A stretch of 64,000 nt of DNA, from assembly GCA_022763185.1 (NCBI GenBank), contig JALEGL010000012.1, positions 65,546 to 129,545 on the forward strand, read 5' to 3'. This DNA is from a bacterium (GTDB taxonomy: Bacteria > Bdellovibrionota_G > JALEGL01). The notes under the pieces are model-generated. The model was not told the origin of the DNA and made no database searches. It was given only the letters and a program-made list of their open reading frames with translations. Positions 10,780-20,619 of this stretch are shown piece after piece (within the stretch, counting starts at the first letter, position 1; each line of letters opens with the position of its first letter). The translations under genes were made by a program, and so were the position numbers.

Positions 10780-11190
10780 ATGATGAACAGCAATGAGTAT
10801 AAAGTTTTACATGAAACTCCTACAGCGCAAGACTATTGTGATTTAAGAATAAAATGTGGTTTGAGTGCTAAAGATTTTGAAAGTGTTAAAACAGCATTGC
10901 CCAGAAGCATTTATGCTGTGCAAATTGTTCATGAAGGTAAAATGATTGCTATGGGCCGGATTGTTGGCGATGGGGGATGCTTTGTGCAAGTAACTGATAT
11001 CGCGGTAGATCCAGAGCATCAAAAAAAAGGTTTATCCAAAGTCATCATGCAACAGATTATGGACTATATTTATAAAAACATCCCCAAGTCATGTTTTGTG
11101 ACTCTGTTTGCAGATGTTGATTATCTCTATCAAAAGTTTGGTTTTGTTGTGTCTGAACAATCTATAGGCATGAAATTGCAACGTTCGTAA
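10780..11190 (+). CDS. GNAT family N-acetyltransferase
   Basis: IAVDPEHQKKGL and LYQKFGF motifs. Confidence 0.9.
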   Translation: MMNSNEYKVLHETPTAQDYCDLRIKCGLSAKDFESVKTALPRSIYAVQIVHEGKMIAMGRIVGDGGCFVQVTDIAVDPEHQKKGLSKVIMQQIMDYIYKNIPKSCFVTLFADVDYLYQKFGFVVSEQSIGMKLQRS

Positions 11191-11212
11191 GAAATAAATA
11201 CAAGAGGGTATA

Positions 11213-12463
11213 ATGAATAAAGTACAAGCAATCATAGGTATTTTAACTTTTATTTTTATTGCATTTGCATTGAGTGAGAATAAGAAAAAAGCTCTAGCAT
11301 GGAAGCTGATTGTAACATGTATAAGCTTACAACTTTTTATGGCTTTTATTTTACAGGGTTCTAGTTGGTTACAAAGTATTCTCTTAGGGTTAAATAAAGG
11401 AGTGCTGCTGATTGATGCTGCCACTCAAAAAGGCAGTTCATTTATGTTTGGTTACTTGGCTGGGGGAGATGTGCCTTTTGTTATACAAGAAGGTAAAAGC
11501 TCATTCATTATTGCATTCTCTGTATTGCCTATAGTCATGGTGGTGTCCGCTTTATCAAGAGTTTTGTTTCATTGGGGAGTATTACAAAAAATAATTCATG
11601 GTTTATCATTAAGTATTGAAAAAATTTTAAAAATAGATGCTTTAAGTTGTTTTGCCGTAGCATCCAGTTTCTTTTTTGGCATTATAGAAACCCCTTTGTT
11701 GTTAAGACACTACTTATTAAAAATGTCTAGAGCCCAGCTTTTTATTATGTTCACAGCATGCATGTCTACCATCTCTGGTACGGTGATGGTTTTGTATGCC
11801 AATGTTTTACAAAGTATTGTTGATAATCCTACCGGCCATATTATTACGGCTTCTTTGATGAGCCTGCCAGCAGCCATTATGTTTGCATTGATTATGGTGC
11901 CGTATGAGGAAACAGAAGAAAAAAATAATTCTGATATAAAAATAGAAACAACGACTAACTCTGCCTTAGAAGCATTGGTAGAAGGCTGTATTGAAGGTAT
12001 TCATATGGTGTTTTATATTGTAGCGGTGATCGTCACATTTTTTGCTTGCATTCATATTGTTGATGCAGCGTTGTCATTGTTTGGTGTTATTGGGATCAAT
12101 ATAAGCTTAGAAACCATATTAGCGTATCTATTTTATCCCTTATGTTGGTTGATGGGGATTCCAGTTTCAGAGTGTTGGCAGGCAGCATTATTGATGGCGA
12201 ACAAATTGTTACTCAATGAGTTTGTAGCGTTTACACAAATGGCAACCTTACCTGCTAATAGTTTAAGTAAAACATCTTATGTTATTTTAACTTATGCCTT
12301 GTGTGGTTTTGCCAACTTGGGTAGTTTGGGTATTTTAACCGCGGGCTTGGCTCAAATTTTTGCTGACAAAAAACATAGGGTTTTAAGTTTAGCACCTAAA
12401 TCAATTGTAGCAGGTACTCTTAGTACCATGAGCACTGGAGCCATTATGGCTATTTTTTTATAG
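11213..12463 (+). CDS. NupC/CNT-family nucleoside transporter
   Basis: Multiple TM segments; KLLLNEFVAF and YALCGFAN motifs. Confidence 0.9.
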   Translation: MNKVQAIIGILTFIFIAFALSENKKKALAWKLIVTCISLQLFMAFILQGSSWLQSILLGLNKGVLLIDAATQKGSSFMFGYLAGGDVPFVIQEGKSSFIIAFSVLPIVMVVSALSRVLFHWGVLQKIIHGLSLSIEKILKIDALSCFAVASSFFFGIIETPLLLRHYLLKMSRAQLFIMFTACMSTISGTVMVLYANVLQSIVDNPTGHIITASLMSLPAAIMFALIMVPYEETEEKNNSDIKIETTTNSALEALVEGCIEGIHMVFYIVAVIVTFFACIHIVDAALSLFGVIGINISLETILAYLFYPLCWLMGIPVSECWQAALLMANKLLLNEFVAFTQMATLPANSLSKTSYVILTYALCGFANLGSLGILTAGLAQIFADKKHRVLSLAPKSIVAGTLSTMSTGAIMAIFL

Positions 12464-12495
12464 CTTGCTACATAAAAACTGTATTCGGCTTGTAC

Positions 12496-13887
12496 TTATA
12501 CGAAATGTTGTTTAATCACATCCGATAAACCAACGCCATTACGATGATTGCCCAACAGAACTATATTTGGGTGAGACTTATTCAGTTTGTCAATGCTAGT
12601 GTTTTTTTCAGCATGACCAATTTCATACTGTGGCATGGCTCTGGGCCATCGTTGGAGTGTTTGAAATAGTGCTGCTTGCTTGATGCCTAAAATATCTGAC
12701 AGTTCATCGTGGGCAAGTTGCATTAGCTCTTGATCACTGTGATTTAAAATAGATTCATTGTTCATGCCACCCATGAATACTCTACAAACAACTGTGTCTT
12801 GTGGTGATCTTTGGGGGAATTTATGATTCAAAAAAGAACAGGCTAAAATTTTTCTTTGCTCTATTTCTGGAATGATAAACCCGGCAGCTTTAGGAAGGTT
12901 TTCAATATCAGATTTCTTGTAAATCAATATCGCAATAGCAGAAGAAGCGGTTCTAATTGATTGAAGTGCATCAGATAATTTCGGTGAACAGTGTGCAAGC
13001 AATTGAGAAGAGGATTGTAAAGTGTTGGCCATAACCAGAGTATTTGTTGCATATTGGGTGTTGTTTTGATCTGTGACGATATAGCCATGCTCATCTTTAT
13101 CAACAGTTTTGATGAGGCAATTCTTTTGAATATGGACACCTTGCTCAAGTAAAGACTTTTCCAAAGCATGGATGAGTTGTGACATGCCGTTTTGTAAACT
13201 GTAAAATAAATTGTAACGCGGGCCGCTGCTTTTACTGGTAAAGCTGTTTTTGAGCAAGCCCAGAATAACGCTACCGTATTTTTGTTCAAGCTCAATAAAA
13301 ACGGGAAGGGTGGCTTTTAAGCTGAGCTTTTTTGGGTCAGATGTGTAGATGCCTGAAACCATACCTTGTGCAATCACTTCAAACAGTTCTTTACCAAATC
13401 TACGGACAACAAAATCTTCCAAGCTTGGATCTTTATCTTTGCCTTTAGAAATAAAAACTTCAGCCAGCACACGTAGCTTTCCTGACCATGAGAGTAAAGG
13501 CGACTTTAAAAAAGCGGTGATGTTTTTAGGAGCAATCAAATAGAAGCCGAGCGGTGTAGCTTGCAGTTGTCCTTTATGCAAAATATAACTGCGTTGATAG
13601 TTTGGATCAATGTTGATGAGTTGATCATTAAGACCTAAATCATCAATTAGATCTAAAATATGAGAAGTCTTAGGTAAAAATGAGTCTGGCCCATATTCAA
13701 GGGTACAAGGTCCCAGTGGTGTATCTACGGTATCTGTATAGATAAGACCGCCCAAACGAGAATTTTTTTCTAAAAGAGTGATTTCATGTTTAGGTTTTTT
13801 CTTTTTTAAATAATAGGCATAACTTAAACCTGATAAACCACCACCAACAATTAATGTTTGAGTTTTATGTGCATCAGGTTTTGACAT
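12496..13887 (-). CDS. hemY: Proto/coproporphyrinogen oxidase (HemY/HemG family)
   Basis: GGGLSG Rossmann motif, EYGPDSF, RWPRAMPQYEIGH; downstream of hemE. Confidence 0.9.
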   Translation of the reverse strand: MSKPDAHKTQTLIVGGGLSGLSYAYYLKKKKPKHEITLLEKNSRLGGLIYTDTVDTPLGPCTLEYGPDSFLPKTSHILDLIDDLGLNDQLINIDPNYQRSYILHKGQLQATPLGFYLIAPKNITAFLKSPLLSWSGKLRVLAEVFISKGKDKDPSLEDFVVRRFGKELFEVIAQGMVSGIYTSDPKKLSLKATLPVFIELEQKYGSVILGLLKNSFTSKSSGPRYNLFYSLQNGMSQLIHALEKSLLEQGVHIQKNCLIKTVDKDEHGYIVTDQNNTQYATNTLVMANTLQSSSQLLAHCSPKLSDALQSIRTASSAIAILIYKKSDIENLPKAAGFIIPEIEQRKILACSFLNHKFPQRSPQDTVVCRVFMGGMNNESILNHSDQELMQLAHDELSDILGIKQAALFQTLQRWPRAMPQYEIGHAEKNTSIDKLNKSHPNIVLLGNHRNGVGLSDVIKQHFV

Positions 13888-13892
13888 GAAGC

Positions 13893-14942
13893 TTACCTCT
13901 TTGTTTTTTGATGAACTTGCTTAACTAAAAACTGTGCATGTTCAACGGGCGTATTGGGTAAAATCCCATGCCCCAGGTTAAAGATATACCCCTGATTTGG
14001 ATTATTTATGCTTGAAAGTAAATGATCTAGCTCATGTTCTATAACGGACGTATCACAAAGTAAGGTGACAGGGTCTAGATTTCCTTGAACTGCTTTTAGA
14101 TTTAAATCTTGTTTCATTGTGTTGAGTGGAGTTCTAAAATCAATGCCCATAACATCTGAGCCAGCGTCTTTCATACTTTTAATTAAATGGGCGGTGTTAA
14201 CGCCAAAGTAGATGGTAGGCACATTTTTGGCATACATCTTTACAAAATCAAAAATTTGTTTGGCAAAAGGCACAGCAAAGTTTTGAGCTTCTTGTGGAGA
14301 AAGAACGCCAATCCAACTGTCAAACAGTTGAATTGCATTGGCGCCGGCATCCAACTGCAACTTCATGTAGTCTATGGTGGCTTCAGTAAGTTGATCCAAC
14401 AAGGCAATAAAGGTTTCAGGGTCACTGCGCATTAGCTTTTTGGTGTGCTCAAAGTTCTTCGATGATCCACCTTCAATGGCATAGGAGGCTACCGTAAAAG
14501 GACTGCCTGCAAAACCAATGAGTGGAATATGCGTAGGCAAATTTTTACGGGTCAGGGCAACGGCTTGTTCAAGGTAAACATGGTTGTTTTTAATATCAGG
14601 CTCAACCAGCTGTTCAACCGTTGATCCTAAACGAAATGGGTTGTGTATGGTTGGTCCATGTCCTTTGAGAAAATCCAAATCAAAACCCAAGCTCTCTAAA
14701 ATGAGTAAGATGTCTGCAAAAATAATGGCTGCATCAACATTGAGCATGTCCACAGCCAAACAGGTCACCTCACTGACCAGCTCGGGAGATTTACACAATT
14801 CTAAAAAACTGTGCTTTGCACGAATATCTCTGTACTCTTTTTGGTAGCGACCCGCCTGGCGCATGATCCAGACTGGGGTATAAGGCGTTTCTTGACCAAA
14901 ACAAGCTTGAATAAATGGAGATTGTTCTATTTCTTTACTCAT
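13893..14942 (-). CDS. hemE: Uroporphyrinogen decarboxylase
   Basis: PVWIMRQAGRY, QGNLDP and FNLGHG motifs. Confidence 0.96.
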   Translation of the reverse strand: MSKEIEQSPFIQACFGQETPYTPVWIMRQAGRYQKEYRDIRAKHSFLELCKSPELVSEVTCLAVDMLNVDAAIIFADILLILESLGFDLDFLKGHGPTIHNPFRLGSTVEQLVEPDIKNNHVYLEQAVALTRKNLPTHIPLIGFAGSPFTVASYAIEGGSSKNFEHTKKLMRSDPETFIALLDQLTEATIDYMKLQLDAGANAIQLFDSWIGVLSPQEAQNFAVPFAKQIFDFVKMYAKNVPTIYFGVNTAHLIKSMKDAGSDVMGIDFRTPLNTMKQDLNLKAVQGNLDPVTLLCDTSVIEHELDHLLSSINNPNQGYIFNLGHGILPNTPVEHAQFLVKQVHQKTKR

Positions 14943-14982
14943 GTGCGCTATGTAACATGAAGTTTGTGGAAATGCTTTTTTT

Positions 14983-15540
14983 TTAGATTTGTGGGTTTTT
15001 TTGTAAAAGCTGGATAAGTTTATCCGGCAAAAGTTGTTCTAATACTTGCTGGTTTTGAGTGCTTAAGGCTTCTCTAATGGCTGTACTGGAGAAGTTAGGA
15101 ATGGCAAACTTCTCTTGCGTGTAGTTTTCACGGGGGACAAGGCACACACCAAAATCTCTTTCTATAGCATCAAAGCGATACCAAAGGTCTTTTTGTTGTA
15201 AGATATCACTGCCAACAATCAATTTAAAATTGTTATTGGGGTATTGTTTTTTTAACAATTGAAGGGTGTTATAAGTTCTTCCATCGGTTGCGTCGGAAGC
15301 TTCAATGTTGGACACGTGAAACGGATGTTCAAAATCCATGATTAAGGTTTGACACAATTGCATGCGAAAATCAAAATCCCAACTTTTTTTTCCCAAAGCA
15401 TGTTTAAAAGTAGGGCAAAACCAAATTTCATCCAAGTTGTATCGTTTAAGGGCATAACAAGCCGCTAAAAAATGGCCATAATGCGGTGGAGAAAAGCTCC
15501 CACCAAAAAATCCTATGGTTTTATTGATGTTATCTGACAT
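14983..15540 (-). CDS. nadD: Nicotinate-nucleotide adenylyltransferase
   Basis: GGSFSPPHYGH (HxGH) and SSTAIR motifs; start moved to ATG 15540 because the upstream extension reads through a structured element. Confidence 0.88.
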   Translation of the reverse strand: MSDNINKTIGFFGGSFSPPHYGHFLAACYALKRYNLDEIWFCPTFKHALGKKSWDFDFRMQLCQTLIMDFEHPFHVSNIEASDATDGRTYNTLQLLKKQYPNNNFKLIVGSDILQQKDLWYRFDAIERDFGVCLVPRENYTQEKFAIPNFSSTAIREALSTQNQQVLEQLLPDKLIQLLQKNPQI

Positions 15541-15580
15541 GAAATAGTTTTTAAAATTTGAGTTTTTAGCCTTTTTAAAC

Positions 15581-15715
15581 GGAGGAGAGGTTTTATACCG
15601 ATTCCGACCTGGGTGGGTTGAATTGACCCAAAACCGCGTTTTTGGGTCAAGAAGGGGCGGGCCTTGCATAAGTAACTGTAAGACCTTTGGTCTAACAGTT
15701 ACTAAAGATCCCCCC
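15581..15715 (-). ncRNA. Candidate structured non-coding RNA or leader of unknown family
   Basis: GC-rich intergenic island with two near-perfect hairpins (15623-15650, 15671-15703) and closing helices whose wobble pairs are G-U only on the minus strand. Confidence 0.5.
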
Positions 15716-15729
15716 TTAACAAAAAAGGA

Positions 15730-16206
15730 TTAGAAATGGACGCCGATTGAGGCTCTAGGCTCCAGCAAATTATCCGCACCATCCAGGATCAAGTACTCAA
15801 CCCCAACATTGGCAGAAAACATGAATAACTTAACCACGGTCACACCGGCACCTAAACTGGTAAAATAAGTGCTGTCACTGCCGGGCAGGTCATAGCTAAT
15901 AAATCCAGTACCTAAAGAAGCGTAAGGTGCAAAAACACCCGTAGGCACTCTGGCAATGCCTGTTAGCCTATAAGCATTGGCTGCAGGTACAGGATCGTTT
16001 TCTAGAAAACGGCTATAACTGCCTTCAACAGCAAAGATTTTAACAAACTGGTATCCTGCTGTAACGCCCAAGCTTACTTGAGTATTTTGATTAGAACTCA
16101 AGGGAACAACAGCGCCTGCTGTAGGTCTTACATAAAAACCTGCCTGTGCAGAGCTTAATCCCAAACATAAAATTGTAAGTAGTATGGTTAAATTAATTTT
16201 TTTCAT
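15730..16206 (-). CDS. Small outer-membrane beta-barrel protein (OmpA-like TM domain)
   Basis: Signal peptide starting at MKKINL, amphipathic strands, C-terminal F; TATATT-N6-ATG suggests a leaderless start. Confidence 0.75.
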   Translation of the reverse strand: MKKINLTILLTILCLGLSSAQAGFYVRPTAGAVVPLSSNQNTQVSLGVTAGYQFVKIFAVEGSYSRFLENDPVPAANAYRLTGIARVPTGVFAPYASLGTGFISYDLPGSDSTYFTSLGAGVTVVKLFMFSANVGVEYLILDGADNLLEPRASIGVHF

Positions 16207-16262
16207 GTTGAGAATATACCTTATCTTGGCTTGACTCCCAAGTTTTCTAAGCATAAAAGGAC

Positions 16263-17567
16263 ATGGCAATGGCACAAAATACAAAAAAAACGCTTAAAAC
16301 CTATACTTTTGGCTGTAAAGTCAACTGGTTTGATTCTGCGCAAGTGGAATCCGCAGTAAGTCAGTTTAAAAACTGGAATATTGATGCAAAAAGTAAAAAC
16401 CCAGATGCAGTGGTTATTAATACTTGTACGGTCACTGAGTCAGCGGATAAACAGGCAAGACAGCTGATTAGAAAAGTGCACCGTGACACACCCAATGCTA
16501 AAATTATTGTTACAGGCTGCTATGCCGAGGCAGACGCTGATAGAATTAGCCAAATGCCAGGTGTAAGCGATGTTGTTGCCATAAAAGATAGACCCAAGAT
16601 CAATGAGAGCTTAGGTTTGCCTAGTTTAACAGAAAATGATGCCTTTAAAACTCTGGCTCAGACCAGTCAAAGAACAAGAGCCTATTTAAAAATGCAAGAT
16701 GGTTGTAATGCTTATTGCGCATTTTGTGTTTTGCCTTATGTGAGAGGAAGAAGTCGTTCTATTGATATAAAGACGCTTGTGGAACTTGCGCAATCCTATG
16801 AGCAACACGGTTATAAAGAAATGATTATCACCGGTACGCATGTTGGCAGTTATGGTAGAGACTTAAAGCCTCGTATGACCTTTGCCAAAGCTTTGGATCA
16901 AATTTTAAAAGAAACTCATACAATTCGATTAAAAGTCAGTTCTTTAGAGCCTACAACCTTAACCCCAGAATTTATTAAAGTGGTAGGAGAAAACTCAAGA
17001 ATTGTTCCGCACTTTCATATTCCTATGCAAAGTGGCAGTGACGATGTCCTACGGCGGATGAATAGAAAAAATAAAGCACAAAATTTTAATGAAAGAATTA
17101 TGGCTTTGTCAAAAACTCAAGATAACGTTTGTATCGGTACAGATGTGATTGTTGGTTTTTGTGGTGAAACTGAACAAGACTTTATGCAATCCTATGAAGC
17201 ATTAAAAAATCTGCCGATCAGTTATTTTCATGTTTTCCCTTACTCTGGCCGTCCTGGAACTAGAGCAGAAAAAGTATTTACAGATGATGTTGATCCTCAG
17301 GTAAAAAAGCATAGAGTAAAGTTGTTAAGAGACTTAAGTTTTTTAAAACAAACAGAGTTTTATCAACGTTTTGAACATACAACAGAGAAAATTTTGGTGG
17401 AAAAAAAGAGAGATAAAGAAGGTTATTTACAAGGCCAAACCACACGTTATGTTCGCGTTAAAATAAAAGGGCATGATAGATTACAAGAAAAAGAAGTTGA
17501 AGTTCAGTTGTCGCAACTGGATAATAAAAATACGGAAAACATCGTTTTTTATGCTGATGTTTTGTAG
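16263..17567 (+). CDS. mtaB: tRNA t6A37 methylthiotransferase
   Basis: TFGCKVN, NTCTVT, radical SAM CNAYCAFC and HVFPYSGRPGT motifs. Confidence 0.92.
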   Translation: MAMAQNTKKTLKTYTFGCKVNWFDSAQVESAVSQFKNWNIDAKSKNPDAVVINTCTVTESADKQARQLIRKVHRDTPNAKIIVTGCYAEADADRISQMPGVSDVVAIKDRPKINESLGLPSLTENDAFKTLAQTSQRTRAYLKMQDGCNAYCAFCVLPYVRGRSRSIDIKTLVELAQSYEQHGYKEMIITGTHVGSYGRDLKPRMTFAKALDQILKETHTIRLKVSSLEPTTLTPEFIKVVGENSRIVPHFHIPMQSGSDDVLRRMNRKNKAQNFNERIMALSKTQDNVCIGTDVIVGFCGETEQDFMQSYEALKNLPISYFHVFPYSGRPGTRAEKVFTDDVDPQVKKHRVKLLRDLSFLKQTEFYQRFEHTTEKILVEKKRDKEGYLQGQTTRYVRVKIKGHDRLQEKEVEVQLSQLDNKNTENIVFYADVL

Positions 17568-17573
17568 AGAGTA

Positions 17574-18278
17574 ATGAAATCAATATACAAAATACTGTCT
17601 GATATTTGTCAAATAGACATCCAAGAAAACATTGTGTTTGAAGAAGCATTAAGTCATAAGTCTTGGCTGGTAGAGAACCCAGTATCTTACAATGATTATG
17701 AACGCTTGGAGTTTTTGGGAGATGCAGTTTTAAACTTTATTGTTTCAGATTTATTTTATGACCAGTACCCTGATAAAGCTGAAGGTGACTTAACGCAGTT
17801 TAGGTCATCAGTGGTGAATGAAAGTGTTTTGGGTCAGGCTATTGAAAAGCTTAAAATTAATGGTTTAATTAAGTTGGGCTTGGGTGAAGAAAGGTCCGGT
17901 GGGCACAATAAACTTTCTATTTTGTCTGATGTTTTTGAGTCCTTGTTGGCTGCTTTATACCTTACACATGGTATAGGCGCAGCTAAAGCTTTTGTTATAA
18001 ATGGATTGGCAGAAGTACTCAATAATGTTGATAGTGTACAGTTCAACAAAGATTTTAAGACACAACTACAAGAAAAAACACAAAAGTATTTTAAAATTTT
18101 GCCCATTTATAATACTCTAAAAAGCGCTGGTCCCGATCATGATAAAACGTTTACTATAAAAGTTCACATCAAAGGTTATACATTTGATGGTCAAGGCAAC
18201 AGTAAAAAACAAGCACAACAAGATGCAGCTCAAAAGGCTCTGCAGCAATTTGCAAGAATAAAGGATGGTCAATCGTGA
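17574..18278 (+). CDS. rnc: Ribonuclease III
   Basis: ERLEFLGDAVL signature plus dsRBD (KTQLQE...SKKQAQQ). Confidence 0.95.
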   Translation: MKSIYKILSDICQIDIQENIVFEEALSHKSWLVENPVSYNDYERLEFLGDAVLNFIVSDLFYDQYPDKAEGDLTQFRSSVVNESVLGQAIEKLKINGLIKLGLGEERSGGHNKLSILSDVFESLLAALYLTHGIGAAKAFVINGLAEVLNNVDSVQFNKDFKTQLQEKTQKYFKILPIYNTLKSAGPDHDKTFTIKVHIKGYTFDGQGNSKKQAQQDAAQKALQQFARIKDGQS

Positions 18279-19663
18279 AAGCATTTTCAATTGCTATTGT
18301 TGGACGCCCCAACGTGGGAAAGTCAACACTGTTTAATCGAATGATTAAATCTCGGCGCTCCATCGTTCATGACCAACCGGGCATTACACGTGATGTTATT
18401 ATGGAAAACGTGCAACTCGCTGGATATAATATAGAGCTTATGGACACGGGGGGGTTAAGTTCATTTAGTAAACGTCCCAATGATACAATGTTGGCTAGAG
18501 TTTTTGATAAAGCCATACACTTTATCAAACAAAGTGATTTGGTCTTATTTGTGGTTGATGGGATTGTTGGTTTAACAGAAGAAGATAGAGTTGTTGCTAA
18601 AGATTTACGCAAATTAAATATTCCAATCATGCTTGTGGTTAACAAAATTGACCCAGGAGCCATGTACAGGCAAGAAAGTGATTTTTATGCCTTAGGTTTT
18701 AAAGATTACTTTCCCGTAGCTGCAGAACATAATTACGGCATATCCAATGTTATAGAAGAAATTGAAAGTCAATTAAAACATATTCAGCATGATCAAGGCA
18801 AAGTCTCATCAGAAGATAAACCTTTAACTTCAATAAAAGTTGCCTTGTTGGGACGTCCCAATGTGGGAAAATCAACTTTATTTAACCGTATGCTGGGTGA
18901 AGATCGATCGATTGTATCGGATGTTGCTGGAACGACGAGGGATAGCATCAACTCTGACTTTATTAAAAATGATACACACTGGACTTTTGTGGATACCGCC
19001 GGCATCAGAAAAACATCCAAGATAAAAAAAGATAACATTGAGTTTTACTCAGTAACGCGGGCTAAAAAAGCGGTTGACGCCAGCGATGTTATCATCTTGA
19101 TGCTCAATGCAGAGGATAATATTACGACTCAAGATCAAAAAATAGCGGCTTATATTATGGAACAGCGCAAAGCCTTATTAATTTTAGCCAATAAATGGGA
19201 TGAGCAACCCAAAGGTGATAGCCCAAGAAAAGATTTTAGAGAAGAGTTGTATTACAGAGCACCTTTTTTACGATTTGCAGAGGTTAAATTTATCTCTGCA
19301 AAAGAAGGTTTAGGCACAGGTAATTTATTGTCTGGGATCAAGTCACTTTATCATAAGCTAAACAGTGTATTTAGTGAAGAAGAGCTTAAAGATGCCTATA
19401 AAGCTATTATTGCCGCAAACCCTCCTAAAGGTCCTAAAGCGCATATTTTAGAATTTAGGCGCTTATCTTATCGCCCCAATCCAGCACCAACATTTTTTAT
19501 CCGTTGCAATAAACGCAGGTATGTTCCTGAAGCGTTAAAGAAATTTTGGAAGAACAGTCTGTATCATTTGTTTGATTTGCAAGGAATTCCCATTAAATTG
19601 GTGTTTCATGAACACATGTTAAAAAACCCTGAGGACTTTGAGGAGACTGAAGTTGAAGTTTAG
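18275..19663 (+). CDS. der: Ribosome biogenesis GTPase Der
   Basis: Two tandem GRPNVGKS G-domains. Confidence 0.95.
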   Translation: MKAFSIAIVGRPNVGKSTLFNRMIKSRRSIVHDQPGITRDVIMENVQLAGYNIELMDTGGLSSFSKRPNDTMLARVFDKAIHFIKQSDLVLFVVDGIVGLTEEDRVVAKDLRKLNIPIMLVVNKIDPGAMYRQESDFYALGFKDYFPVAAEHNYGISNVIEEIESQLKHIQHDQGKVSSEDKPLTSIKVALLGRPNVGKSTLFNRMLGEDRSIVSDVAGTTRDSINSDFIKNDTHWTFVDTAGIRKTSKIKKDNIEFYSVTRAKKAVDASDVIILMLNAEDNITTQDQKIAAYIMEQRKALLILANKWDEQPKGDSPRKDFREELYYRAPFLRFAEVKFISAKEGLGTGNLLSGIKSLYHKLNSVFSEEELKDAYKAIIAANPPKGPKAHILEFRRLSYRPNPAPTFFIRCNKRRYVPEALKKFWKNSLYHLFDLQGIPIKLVFHEHMLKNPEDFEETEVEV

Positions 19664-19728
19664 TTTTGCGGCTAAAGACTGACAATGCTGATAGTTTGCA
19701 CAAGAGATTAGTATAAAAAATAAAGTAA

Positions 19729-19760
19729 AATCAGTGCCTTATGTTGGCATTATCTTTGCT
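19729..19760 (+). promoter_or_regulatory. Sigma-54 promoter with IHF-like site
   Basis: TGGCATTATCTTTGCT (GG 19746-47, N10, GC 19758-59); AATCAGTGCCTTA at 19729. Confidence 0.8.
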
Positions 19761-19772
19761 TTTTAATAGACT

Positions 19773-20360
19773 ATGATCAATCAACGCAAAACACGACTTA
19801 AATTTTATACCATCATGATGCTTGCAGTAATTAGTTTATTTTTACATGGTTGTGGTCGCCCTTTGACTTATGATGGACAAAGCTTTTTGACCGATCCAGA
19901 TGGAGATCAGGTTGATTCAATTTATGATAACTGTCCAAACGTATATAATCCAACACAAATAGATTCTGATAATAATGGTCTAGGGGATGCGTGTGAGGAT
20001 GTAAGTTCAAGCAATGAAAGTCCCTCACTTTATTCTATGGAACTATTAAATGTAGATGGCACAAGCTGCAGTAGAAAGATTGTTTGGGAAGATAAATCGA
20101 TGGATGAAGTTCAGGTGCAAATTATCAAAAAATATAAACGTGTATCTTTTGATCCTATAGACCAGCGTCCAGATATTACCGAATATGAAGATAGTCTTGA
20201 TGTCCCCATTGTTTATGCCGGTAATTTAGGTGTGATAGAGTACGATGATCTTGATTTAGAAAGTTGGATGAAGGCTTTAAGATATCAAATCAAAGTTACT
20301 CTTGCCGACGGTAATGTGCTGTTGTCTAATGAAATGAATGAAAGCTTTGCTTGTGAGTAA
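19773..20360 (+). CDS. Lipoprotein with thrombospondin type-3 (TSP3) Ca-binding repeat
   Basis: Lipobox LHGC; DPDGDQVDSIYDNCPNVYNPTQIDSDNNGLGDAC. Confidence 0.8.
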   Translation: MINQRKTRLKFYTIMMLAVISLFLHGCGRPLTYDGQSFLTDPDGDQVDSIYDNCPNVYNPTQIDSDNNGLGDACEDVSSSNESPSLYSMELLNVDGTSCSRKIVWEDKSMDEVQVQIIKKYKRVSFDPIDQRPDITEYEDSLDVPIVYAGNLGVIEYDDLDLESWMKALRYQIKVTLADGNVLLSNEMNESFACE

Positions 20361-20566
20361 GTTGATTAAAGCAAAAGACCTTTAAGTTGATCTAACACCA
20401 TTCTTCACTTGGCTTAGCGTTAACCTTTAGAGTTAAATATATTTTGTGTGCTGTATTGACTTGGCCTCTATTTTATAATCATCAAATAAACCAATCATCA
20501 TCAATGAGACAATGAATATACATAAGCCGAAAAGCTGCACAGTTTTTTTTAAAATAAATTAAATAA

Positions 20567-20607
20567 AATCAATGGCTTGAGTTGATTTTTTTGGCATTCG
20601 TGTTGCA
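20567..20607 (+). promoter_or_regulatory. Sigma-54 promoter with IHF site
   Basis: TGGCATTCGTGTTGCA (GG 20593-94, GC 20605-06); consensus IHF site AATCAATGGCTTG at 20567. Confidence 0.82.
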
Positions 20608-20619
20608 ATATAAATCTGT

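Noticed and set aside
15541..15669. 43-aa N-terminal extension of NadD in the ORF track
   Set aside because: It reads through the structured intergenic element; NadD homology starts at MSDNINK (15540)
15581..15715. tmRNA, SRP RNA, 5S rRNA, tRNA or retron msr/msd identity for the structured element
   Set aside because: No T-loop/CCA end, no GGAAGGAAGCAGC SRP motif, and no reverse transcriptase nearby
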